Source of the DNA: a virus | Reading direction: 5' to 3' (one strand) | DNA length: 64,000 nt | IMG/VR virus record: IMGVR_UViG_3300046660_000367 | Span: 1-64,000 of that record | Notes under the pieces: generated by a model | Database searches by the model: none | What the model saw: only the letters and a program-made list of their open reading frames with translations | Told to the model about the DNA's origin: nothing | Made by a program: the position numbers and the translations under genes | Part shown: positions 11,001-23,000 of the stretch, one piece after another | How positions within the stretch are numbered: the stretch's first letter is position 1 | Layout of the letters: the number at the start of each line of letters is the position of its first letter

Positions 11001-14000
11001 CTGAATCGCTGGCCCTGGTGGGCCAGTACCAGGGCGCCATCAACGGTTTCGGCGACCGCGCGATCCTGCCGCTGCAAGCGGGTGAGCTGACGCTGACCCA
11101 GGCCTACGAGAGCGCAATGATCTCGCTGCGGAAGGACCCGGACCATGATTTCGGCCCGATCGTCGGTATCCCGAGCAACAAGGAGGCCGCGCCCAACGAC
11201 CAGCTGACCGACCTGCTGAAAAAACACGGCGACCGCATCGCCGGTGTGCACGTCCTCGGCCTGTTCGCCGACACGATGCTGGCGCCGCGGCTGGACGCGA
11301 TCCGCGCCGCCGGCTTTGAGGGCCATGTCAGCGCCGACGCCAACCGGCTGCGCTCGCTGATGTACGGCACACGCACGCGCGGCGATGCCATGGATATACT
11401 GCTGGGCCAGTCGGCGCCGGAAAGCGGGGCCAAGAACGGCGGTGCCCCGGCGCCAGCCGACACCAAGCCTGGCCTGAAAAAGATGCAGGACGCCAAGGCC
11501 GAGAAGGACGCGGCCAAGGATGCGCCTGCCGAGGCGGGCCAGCACAGCGGCACCGTCGGCATCGACACGCTAATCGAGCGCGCCGAAGCACGCCTGGCGG
11601 AACAACGCGCGCTGCAAAACGCTGCCGTCGAAGACGGCAATGGCAACGAATGGGTGTACGACAAGAAAATTGCCGCCATCGAGGCCCAACTGGCCGATTA
11701 CCAGCGCGCACGCGCCGAGCTGCTGGCCGAAGACAAGCCGGGCCTGAAAAAGATGCAGGAGGCGAAGGCCGCCAAGGATGCCGCGACACTGCCCGAGACG
11801 GCTGCCGGGCAACAAGGTTATCGTTCGGCGCTGGACGGCTATCGCATGTCCCCACCGAACAACATCAGGACCAACATCGACAAGGCCGAATGGGAAAAGG
11901 GCTGGCTGGCTGGGGAAGCGCGCCGCGATGCCCTCATGGAAGGGGCGGAACCTGTCGTCGTGGGAGGGCGCCTTGCCTCGCCGACCTTGAATTTGCAGCA
12001 TGAACTGGTGTGGCGCGACGAGCGTAGCGGTAAGGATTATGTGTCAATGGATGCGGCCAGGGACGGACTGACCGCCGCCGATAAGCAAGATAAGGATTTT
12101 GAGGCAGCATTGCCAGCCAGCGAAGTCGTCGCCGTGTATCACACCAAAGGCGGCAAGCTGGCGATGCAGATCAAGCGCAGCATGGGCCGCGATGGCCAGC
12201 CGCGCTATGCCTACACCGGGCAATACGGCGCTGGCAGCGGCCATGGCGAAGCGGACATGCGCACCTTCGTCCGGCAGGCCAAGGCGGCGCATCCGGGCAT
12301 GAAACTGGTGTCGGGGCAGGAGTTTGGAGAGGCCGCGGTGCCGGCCGCCATTGACCTTGATGCGCTGCTGGACGACCAACTGAAAGCCGCCCTGTCGGAC
12401 CTGGGCGACGTGCTGGGCGATGTGTTCGGCGGCGTCAAGAAGATGACCGGGCCGCAGCGCACCGCTGGCGATCTGCTGCCGGCGCTGTCAAAGGTGGTCG
12501 AGCTACTGATTCGCAAGGGTCTGCGCTCGTTCCAGCAGGCCATCGGCACGGCCGCGCGCGCCATGCGCGGCAACGACAAGACCGCGCCGTTCGTGGACCA
12601 GATCACCCCGCGCCAGTGGAAGGCGGCCTATAACGCCGTGGCCGAATTGCATGAAGGCACCGACAGCGAGGACAGCGTCAACGCCCTCAGCGCCGACGAG
12701 GTGACGGCATTGACCGGCGTGGCGCCAGCTGCCTCGGCCGAGCGCAACGAACCAGCTGCGCCACCGGCCTCCCGCCGCAAAGCACCGGGACAGGCACGCC
12801 TGCGCCAAGACTATGGTGTCAAGCACATCGACGGCTACACCGCGACCGACGAATTCCCGCACGGCCCGCCGGGCGACATTCCGAGCGGCGGCGTCAAGGA
12901 AGCCTTCCGCAAGGACGCGATGGCGTACCTGAAGGACATCGCTGGCGTCCTGCTCGACCATGGCTTTACCAACTTCACCAACAGCAGCGGCAAGGCCATG
13001 AAGGCCTATTCGTGGAACCCAGGCGGCCCGGCCGTGGCGGGCGACGCCATGCTGTCAATGGTGCACGAAGGCGCCGGCAAGGGCATTTATGTCAACATTG
13101 CCGGCGACAGCATGGTCGGCAAGCCGACGGCGTCGGGCGTGAGCGTGATGATGCGCGTCACGACCAAAGAGAATCCGACCAGCAGCGGCATGAACCTGTG
13201 GCCGGGAGCCGATCTAAGCGGGCAGGAGCTGGCCGACAAGATCATCAAACTGGTCACTGGCGCACCTGCGCGCACCGAAAAGGGTGATAATCAAGACAAC
13301 GCGAAGGACGACAATGGAACTCGACCTGAAATTTCTAACCTGGGTACGCCGGGAATCGGCGAAGCTGGCGGAGAAGTGGCCGCTGGGGGGCGAGCGGGAA
13401 CGCGACCTGCTGGCCCATTGGGCGAGAAACCGGCCGCAGATGATGGCGCGGCTGGAGGCAATGAAGGTGGCGCCGCAGCTGGCCCACGTCCTGCTGGACC
13501 GGGAGTATCAGGCATTCCAGCAGAACCTGCGGGCGGGAATGGGGCCGACGGACGCAACGGAACAGGCGGAACAGGACTGGCTGATGCTGGAACCGGAGTC
13601 GGAGGACCAGCCGTTGGACCTGCCCGAGCCAATTACCACATCGGAGACCCCGAGCAGCTGATCGGCGGCACCCCGAAGGTCCGTTTCGCCAAGAACCGCG
13701 CCGCCATCGAGGCCTACCGCTCGATCACCGAGGAAGGGCGCGCGCCGGTCAAGGAAGACCTTGACGCGATGGCCGCCTACATCGGCTGGGGATCGTTCGG
13801 CCAGGAACTGTTCAAGGGAACCTGGGAGCGTGCGGCGCCGAAAGAGGGCTGGGCCAGCGAAGACGCCTGGCTGCGTGGCCACCTCGGGCAGCAGGAATGG
13901 GAAAGCGCCCAGCGCTCGATCATCAACGCCCACTACACCGACCCCGTCACCGTCAAGACCATGTGGGACATGGTGCGCGCGCTCGGCTTCACTGGCGGGC

Positions 14001-17000
14001 GCGTGCTGGAGCCGTCGATGGGGATTGGCAATTTCTTCGCCATGATGCCGCTCGACCTGGCCGAAAAGAGCGAGCTGACCGGCATCGAAATGGATACCCT
14101 GTCGGGCGGCATGGCCAAGGAGCTGTACCCGAACGCGAATATCCAGATAAAACCTTATCAGGATAGCAAGACGGTCGATGGCTTCTACGATCTGGTGATC
14201 GGCAACTGGCCGTTCGCCAAGGACGGCCCGAGCGACCGTCGCTACATGAAGCTCAATCCGTCCCTGCACGACTTCTTTTTCCTCAAGGCGCTTGACCAGA
14301 CCCGCGCCGGCGGGCTGGTGGTGGGCATCACCAGCGCCGGCACGATGGACAAGAAGGGCCGCGCCACGCGCATGGAAATTGCCAAGAAGGCCGAATTGGT
14401 GGCCGCCTTCCGCCTGCCCGCCGGGGCCTTCGAGAAGTATGCCGGCACCTTTGTGACGACCGACCTGATCGTGCTGCGCAAGCGCGCCGAGCCGGTCGCC
14501 GGCAGCGCATCATGGGTCGAGCTGGGCGAAACCCGCGTCCCGGCCGGCGAAACCATCGAAGTCAACAGCTATTTCCTGCAACACCCCGATCACGTCCTCG
14601 GCACCCTCAATTTTGGCCGTGGCCTGAACGGGCGCCCGGCAATGCTGGTCGAGCGCCCGGCCGACCTGATGGCGCGGCTGGCACAATTGCCCGGCAAGAT
14701 GCCGCCCGACACCTACTCGCCTGCGCAAGGGCGCAAGCAGGTCAGCTACCTGACCAACAACACCGCCGACCGCGAGGGCAGCGTGACACTGGCCGACGGC
14801 AAGCTGTACGTGGTGCGCGGCGAGCGGCTGATGCCGCTGGCCGACGTGACCAGCTACCAGGTCAAGAGCAAGATCGAGACCGCCGCGCGCGAGGCGCAGA
14901 TCGGCAAGCTGATCGCCATGCGCAATGCGTATGGCGCGCTGGTGACGGCCGAGCGCGCCGCCGACAGCAACACCGAGGCGCTGCGCAAGGACCTGCACCG
15001 CCAATACCTGGCGTTCGTCAAAGCCTACGGTTCGTTGGAAGCGTCCGACGGCATGCGCATCCTGCGCAACGTGAAAGACCCGTTCTACTCCGCGCTGGCG
15101 TCGCTGGAAATCGACGGCAAGCCGGCGCGCATCCTGAAAGAGGCGACGCTGCGCGGGCGCAAGAAGCTGGCCAACCCGAGCGTGCGTGACGCCTTCGTGA
15201 TGGCGCGCAACGAAAGCATGGACGTTGACCTGAGCACCATTGCCAAACTATCCAACAAGACCGAAGCGGAAGTGGCGAGCGAGCTGGAAGGGGCCGATGC
15301 GATCTTCAAGACCCCGGCCGGCAACTATGAAGTGGCCGATATCTACCTGTCGGGCAACGTGCGGCGCAAACTGCGCGAAGCGCAGGATGCACAGGCCAAC
15401 GCGCCGGCCGGCCAGGTCAGCGCCGATTTCGCGCGCAACATCGCCGCGCTGGAAAAGGTGCTGCCCAAGACCGTGCCGTACTTCAAGATCGAGGCCAAGC
15501 TGGGTGCGCCGTGGATCAAGGCCGAGCATTACCAGGGCTATGTCGCCCGCCTGCTGGGCCTCACGCGCGACGAGGACAAGGCGGCCGTCGAAGTGCGCAT
15601 GGTCAACGGCTCGTGGAAGGTCAAGTTTACCGACCACAGCCTGAACAACCGGCCGGAAGCGACGACGCAGTGGGGCACCTTCCACATGGCGGCGCGGCTC
15701 GACCGGATGCTGACGGCGGCGATGAACAACCGCAGCATCACCGTCAAGTACAAGGACGACGACGGCAACATGCAGGTGGACGAGGCGGCCACCAAGGAAG
15801 TGAGCGAAAAGCTGGTCAAGCTGCGCGAGGAATTCGGCAATTGGGTGTGGAAGGACGCCGAGCGCCGCGTCTGGCTCGAAGAAAACTACAACGAGGTGAT
15901 GAACGCCATCGCCACGCCCAACTTTGACGGCTCCTTCCTCGACTTCAACGGCATGACCCTGCGCCGGGGCGATGACCCGTTCTCGCTGCGCCAGCACCAG
16001 GTCGATGCCATCTGGCGCGGGCTGGTCAACGGCCGCGGCCTGTACGCCCACGAAGTCGGCACCGGCAAAACCTACACGATGGCCGGCCTGGCGGTCGAGT
16101 CGCGCCGCTACGGGCTGGCGAAAAAGCCGCTGATCTTCGCCCACAACGCCAACAGCGCGTCGGTGGCCAAGGAATTCAACGACATGTACCCGGCAGCGCG
16201 GGTGCTGTACCTCGACAACCTGGCGCCGGCCGACCTCGACGTGCGCATGCGCCAGATCGCCAACGACGATTGGGACGCGGTAGTGGTGCCCCATTCGCTC
16301 ATCAGCCGCTTCGCGCTGACTGCACAGACGCTCAATGAACTGGCCGCCGAAGACATCGCGGCGATGGAGCAGGAGGCGATGGACGCCGCCGAAGACGACA
16401 ACGTCCACTTGACGCTGGCGATGATGGACGACGAAAAGGAGATGAAGAAGGTGCGCAGCGCCACCGCCAAGGACCTGGTCAGGGCGCGCAACAAGATCAT
16501 CAAGAGCATGCAGGACATGGCTCTCAAGTCGTCGAAAGAAGACGCGGTGTCGTTCGAGGACCTGGGCGTGGACATGGTGATCGTGGACGAGGCCCACGAA
16601 TTCAAGAAGCCCCCGGTCGCCACCAAGATGAAGATGCGCGGCCTGAACACCGGCACCTCGAACATGTCGATCGCGCTGCGCTTCCTGACCGATTACGTCA
16701 AGCGCGAGAACAACGGGCGCGGCATCCACCTGTTTACCGGCACGCCGATCACCAATACCCTCACCGAGTTGTACAACATGATGCGCTACGTCATGGATGA
16801 CGTGATGGCGCGCGACGGCATCAAGGACTGGGACAGCTGGTTCAACACCTTCGCCGACTCGACCACCGACGTGGAACTGACGGCGGCCGGTGAGTACGAG
16901 GCGGTCACGCGCCTGGCCAGCTTCGTCAACACGGCCGAACTGCGCCGCATTTCCGGCGAGTTCATGGATATTGTCTTCGCCGACGACATGCCCGAATTCA

Positions 17001-20000
17001 AGCCGCGCCAGACCGCATCGGGCAAGATTTTGACCGACGAGCTGACCGACGTCGAGCGCGAGGAACTGCTGAACGGACGCAGCGAAAACCCGGTCGGCCG
17101 GCCCTACAAGCAAATCATCGTCGATGTGGCGCCGATGGGGCTTGAACAGAAGCAAATGCTGGACAACTTCAAGCGGCTGGCCAAGGAATTCAAGGAGGCC
17201 AGCAAGCAGCGGCGCCGCGAAATCGTGCAGAGCGGCCACCCGGCGAACCCGGTTCTGGTCGAAACCGGCGCGGCCAACGCCGGCATGGACCCGCGCCTGG
17301 TGGATATGAACGCCAAGGACGAGCCAAACAGCAAGGTCAACCGCGTTGCCCGCAATGTCGCCGCGCTGTACCACGAAGACGCGCGTGCCACCCAGGTGGT
17401 GTTCCTCGAACGTGGCTTTACCGACGAAGGCACCAAGACCAAGAGCAACGGCGACGGCACCAAGACCGTTACCAAGGTGCGCAAATTCAACCTGGTCAAG
17501 GACATGGTGGCCAAGATGGTCGCCGCCGGGGTCAAGGAAAGCGAAATCGCCGTGGTTGACGGCTCGGTCAGCAAGGAAAAGCGCAAGGAGATTGCTGACG
17601 CGATGAACAAGTCGCAAATCCGCGTCGTCATCGGTCTGACCAAGACGCTCGGGGTGGGCGTGAACATGCAGGAAAACCTGCGCGCGATGCACCACGTCGA
17701 TGCGCCGTGGATGCCGGGCGAGCTGGAACAGCGCAACGGGCGCGGCTGGCGTCAGGGCAACAAGTGGAACACCGTGCGTGAGTACCGCTACATCACCGAG
17801 CGGCTTGACGGGCGGCGCTGGCAGGTTCTGGCCGTGAAGGACCGTTTCATCAAGCTGTTCCTCAAGGCCGATGAAAACACCCGCATCATCGACGGTGATG
17901 CGGTCGAAATGGAAGAAGGCGATGGCGGCGATCTGGCCGCGACGCTGTCCGAGGCGGCGGGCGACCCGCGCGTGCTGGTGCGCGAAAAGCTCAAGGCCGA
18001 TATCGAGAAGCTGGAAAACCGCGAACGCCAGCATACCTATGCGCTCACTGACGCCGCCGAAATGATGCGCCGCCTGGCGCAGGCAAATGCGGGAATGACG
18101 GAGACGCTGCCGAAGTTGCAAGCCGACTCGGCGCAGTACGAGGCCGGTCGCGGCAACTTCAGCGCGACCATCGGGGGCGAGCAGTACACCGAGCGCGGCG
18201 CTGCCGATGAGGCGATTGACGCCATTATTGAGGGGCTGGACAAGAACGTGGGGCAGCGTCAGATCGGCACCATGCACGGCTTCAAGCTGACGCTCCATCG
18301 CGGCATTGGTGGCTTCTACGTCGATATCCGTGGCCAGCATCAATTTGAGGCATGGACGCCCAGCGTGTCGTCGATCGAGTCGGCGATGCGCAAGCTGGCC
18401 AAGACGGCTGCCGAGTATCAGCAGAAGATCGAAGACAACAAGGCCAGTATCGGGCGCATGGCCGAAATGCAGAAGGAACCGTTCGGGCAGGCGGCGCTGC
18501 TGGAGAAGAAGCGCAAGATGCTGGCCGACCTGATTGCCGACCTGGCGCGCAACCCGGAGCCGGCCCCGGCCTGGCTGCGCCATGGTGCGCCGGCCAATAC
18601 CGCGATCTACGTCAATGGCCAGCAGCGCGTGGTGGAAGGGCACAAGAGCGACAAGGACGGGTATTTCATCGTCACCGAAGAAGGCGACGTGCCTTACCTC
18701 GATGCCACCGACGCGGCTGGCATGCCGATCTATGATCCGGTCGATGGCGATGTGCGCGACGAACGGCCGCCGCTCGATCTGACCGGCACGCCGGCCGAGC
18801 CGGCACGCCTGCAACGGCGCGAAGACGACCGCAAACGGCGCGAAAGCGACCCGCTATTTGCGCGTGCCGAAAATGACGAAGCGGGGGCCGTCGCGCAGAA
18901 CGGCAAAACGCCGATCATCAGCGACACCGATTTCGCCGCCGTCATCGACCGCGTCAAGGCCGCCTTCGCCAAGCGCGCCGGTGGCGCCCTCACCGTCAGC
19001 ATCAAGCCAGTGCGGGGGATGGACGACCTGCCGCCGGCCTTGCAAGAGGCAGCGCGCCGCCAGCAGCTTGACCTTGGCAAAGGCGTGTATTTTGAGAACA
19101 CCGTATATGTGGTGCAGCAGGCCCATAGCACGGCCGAGGAAGTGGAAAAGACGATATTCCATGAATTATACGGCCATGCCGCCACCGCCACCCTGTTTGG
19201 CGACGAGTGGGTGGCCAAGCAGAATGCACTATTGAAAGCCATCGGCGGCGGCGCGGGCCTGTACCGGATCGCAGCCGCCAACCAGATCAACCTGCACGCC
19301 TACGCCGATGGCCTGGCAGCCGACACCACCCTGACCGACGCGCAGCGCAGCGCATCCATGATGGACGAGTTGCTGGCGCACATGGCCGGGAAGAAGACTG
19401 TGCTGCGCCAGAAGATCAACGAGTTCATCGGTGCGGTGCGCGCCTGGCTGCGCGCGCACGGTTTCGCCAAGCTGGCCGAGTACGGCAACACCGACCTGGC
19501 GCACCTGCTGGCGGAGGGGCGCCGGAGCCTGGCCGCGAAAGCCACCGGCAAGGCTGGCCCGGCGATGCCGGTGTTCGCCCGCGACCCCGACCATGCGCCG
19601 GTGTTCTACTCGACGCTGACGCGCCAGATCGACAAGACGGTGACGAAATCGGCCTCGCCGCTGCACTGGGCCGAGACCATCATGGGCACCTCGTTTGCGC
19701 AGCAAGGCGTCAAGCAGGATGAAATCCAGTGGTCCGGCGTGCTGGACTGGCTGGCGATGCAGCAAGAGGCCGGCGTGAAAAAGGTGGACAAGGCGCAGCT
19801 GCTCGACTACCTGGCCGAGAACGGCGTGCGCGTAAGCGAAACCATGCAGGGCGAACCGGCGCCGGCCAGCGAGGAAGGTTTGGCACAGCGCAAGGCCGTG
19901 TTCGACCAGTACCAGCCGCAGATCGACGCGCTGCGCCAGCGCGCCGAGGACTACAAGTCGCCCAGCCGGGAAATGGATGAGGCGCGCGACGAGTGGGCGG

Positions 20001-23000
20001 AATTGATTGACGAGCGCGACCGCGCCGCGAACGACGCCTACACCTTGCCGGCCGACGATACTTCGCCTGGCCAGTACGGTCAATACCAGCTGCCCGGTGG
20101 CGAAAACTACCGCGAGCTGCTGCTGACGCTGCCGCAGAAGGAGATCAGCACCGCCGACTTCCTGACCACGGACGCCAAAGGCGAGCCGTTTGGCGTGCAC
20201 GCAACCGAGGCGGAGGCGCGCAACGCGGCCCGTACCATTGGCGGCACCTACGAGGCTGGCGAGTCCATTTCGCGGGAGGCGGTCAAGTTCCAGTCGGCGC
20301 ACTGGACGGGGGTAGGCAACGTCCTCGCCCATGTGCGCTTCAACGACCGCATTGACGCCGATGGCCAGCGCGTGCTGTTCATCGAGGAGCTGCAGTCCGA
20401 TTGGCAAGCCGCCGGCAAGAGGCAGGGCTTTGGCGTGGCCGATGTGGAGAAGGAACGTGATCGCCTGCACGCGGCCGGCGATCCAGCCTGGGCGACAGTG
20501 TCCATCAGTAACGCCAGCAAGATCGCCCCGGCCCCGTTCGTCGGCAAGACCGAGGCCTGGCTGTCGCTCGCGGTCAAACGCATGATCTCCTACGCCGCGC
20601 AGAACGGCTACGACAAGGTGGCGTTCGTCAATGGCAAGCAGTCGGTGGAGCGCTACGACCTCTCCAAACAAGTTGCGCAGATTCGCTATGTCAAGCGCGC
20701 GGACGGCACGTATGACGTGTGGGCCGCCGACGAAAGCGGCCGCTCGCTGAACGACACCGTTGACAAGCAAGGACTGAAGCCTGAACAGGTCGAGGAATTC
20801 GTCGGCAAGGAAGTGGCCGAGAAGATCATCAACGGTGAGGGCCACAACGAGGATGGCGACATGGTGCTATCCGGCCTCGACCTGAAAGTCGGTGGCGAAG
20901 GCATGAAGACGTTCTACGACCGGATCGTGCCGAACGTGGTCAATGACGTGCTGAAAAAACTTGGCGGCGGCAAGCTGGGCACTGTCAACGTTGGCATCAA
21001 GGACGAGTCGCCCATCCCCCACTGGAAGACGAAGCAACCGGGCTTCGACCATTCGCGCATGATGATGCAGCCGCAGCCAGGCTTCGCCATCAGTGACGCC
21101 CTACGCGAGAAGGCGCAAGGCGGCTTGCCGCTGTTCAAGCGCGGAGAACAGCGTGCGCCGAACGGCAAAGCGTCGAACCTGCCCGCGCACCTGTGGCAGA
21201 AGGTGCGCACGCCGGAATTCAAGGCGTGGTTCGGCGACTGGGAAAAGGAGCCAGGCAAGGCATCGCAGGTGGTGGACGAGAACGGCGAGCCGCGCGTGGT
21301 CTATCACGGCACCAACGCCGACTTCACCGAGTTCGACAAGGCGAAAGTGCGCCTGCAAAGCCTGGGCGGCTTCTGGTTCGCCGAGCGCAACAACTATGTC
21401 GGCAACCTTCGGAGCGACCGGGAAGGCTTCAACCAGATGCCGGTGTTCCTGAATATCCGCCGCCCTGTTGACGGCAGCCGCTACGCGATGTTCCGCAACG
21501 GCGCCACCAGTAACGAGCAAGTGCAGCGGCAGTTCAAAATGAGCGGCAAGGACGGCGTACGCCTTGACAATGGCAGCGATTCGGTCTGGATCGCGCTGCA
21601 CCCCGAACAGATCAAGTCGGCCATCGGCAACAACGGCCAGTTCAACCAGGGCAACCCGAATATCCTGTTCTCGCGCAGCCCGGCCGATATCTCGCGCCAG
21701 GTTGGATCGACCATCAAGGCGCTGACTCTCACCCGCATCAAGAATAAGCTGATCGACTACGGGCGGATAGCATTGCAGTTCCTCGGCCGCCAGCAGCTGG
21801 TCGAAGTGTACGGCAACCTGTTCCCGCAAGGGACCAAGGACAGCCTGATGGTGCAGTACAACAAGCTGGCCATGCAGATGGACGCCGACAAGAACGACAC
21901 CAGCGCGCAGGCCGACACCATCGCCACCGATTGGGGCAAGCTGAAGGACCACCAGGCGCTGGCCGAACTGATGCACGACGCGACCCGCTTGCAGATCGAC
22001 CCGCGCAAGAAGTACGACCTGGGCGACATCAGGACCAACTACACCGATCTGCGCGCCCGCTACGAGGCGCTGTCGCCGGGTGCCAAGGCGATCTTCAACG
22101 AGGCGTCGGCAGCCTACGAGAAGCACTACGCCGCAGTGCGGGCGGCGGTGCACGACCGCATCGGCCGCGCCATGGTCGGCAACCCGAACCGCGCTTCGAT
22201 GCTGGCGCGCATGGATGCCGAGTTCTTCGGCAAGATCAAGGGCATCTACTTCCCGCTGGCGCGCTTCGGCGACTACATGGTGCAGGTGAACTGGCGCGGC
22301 GCCAATCCGAACCCAGCCATGGGACAGGCGCGCGAGGCGATCCACTTCGCCGAAACCATGAGCGAGGCGCAGGCCCTGCGCACCGAGCTGATGAAGGAAT
22401 ACCCGCCGGAAAAGGGCTATCAGGTGGCGCAGGTGACCCTGCGCGCCGAGTACAACGCGGCGCGCGATTCGGTTGGGCGCGGCTTCCTGCAGCAAATGTT
22501 CAACATGTTCAAGACAACCGGCATGGACCCATCCTTGCAGGATGCCATCAACCAGCTGTATCTGACCTCGCTGCCGGACCTGTCCTGGGCCAAGCATGGC
22601 ATCCACCGCAAGGGCACGCCCGGCTTCTCGCAGGATGCGCGCCGCGCCTTCGCCAACCACATGTTCCACGGTGCGCGCTACCTGGCCAAGCTGAACTATG
22701 CCGACCAGCTGGCGCAGGCGCTCGACGACATGCAGCATTACGTCAACGCGCACAACCAGGACGCCGGATACGATGCGGTCAAGGCGCAGCAGGTGGTTGA
22801 CGAAATGATCAAGCGGCACGACATTTACATGAACCCGAAGAACAATAAGCTGTCGAACTTGCTGACCTCGACCGGCTACGTGTTCTACCTGGGCCTGTCG
22901 CCGGCCTCGGCGGCGGTCAACCTGACGCAGACGGCGCTGGTGGCCTACCCGATCCTGGGCGGGCGCTACGGCTTCGGCAAGGCCGCCTCGGCGCTGCTGG

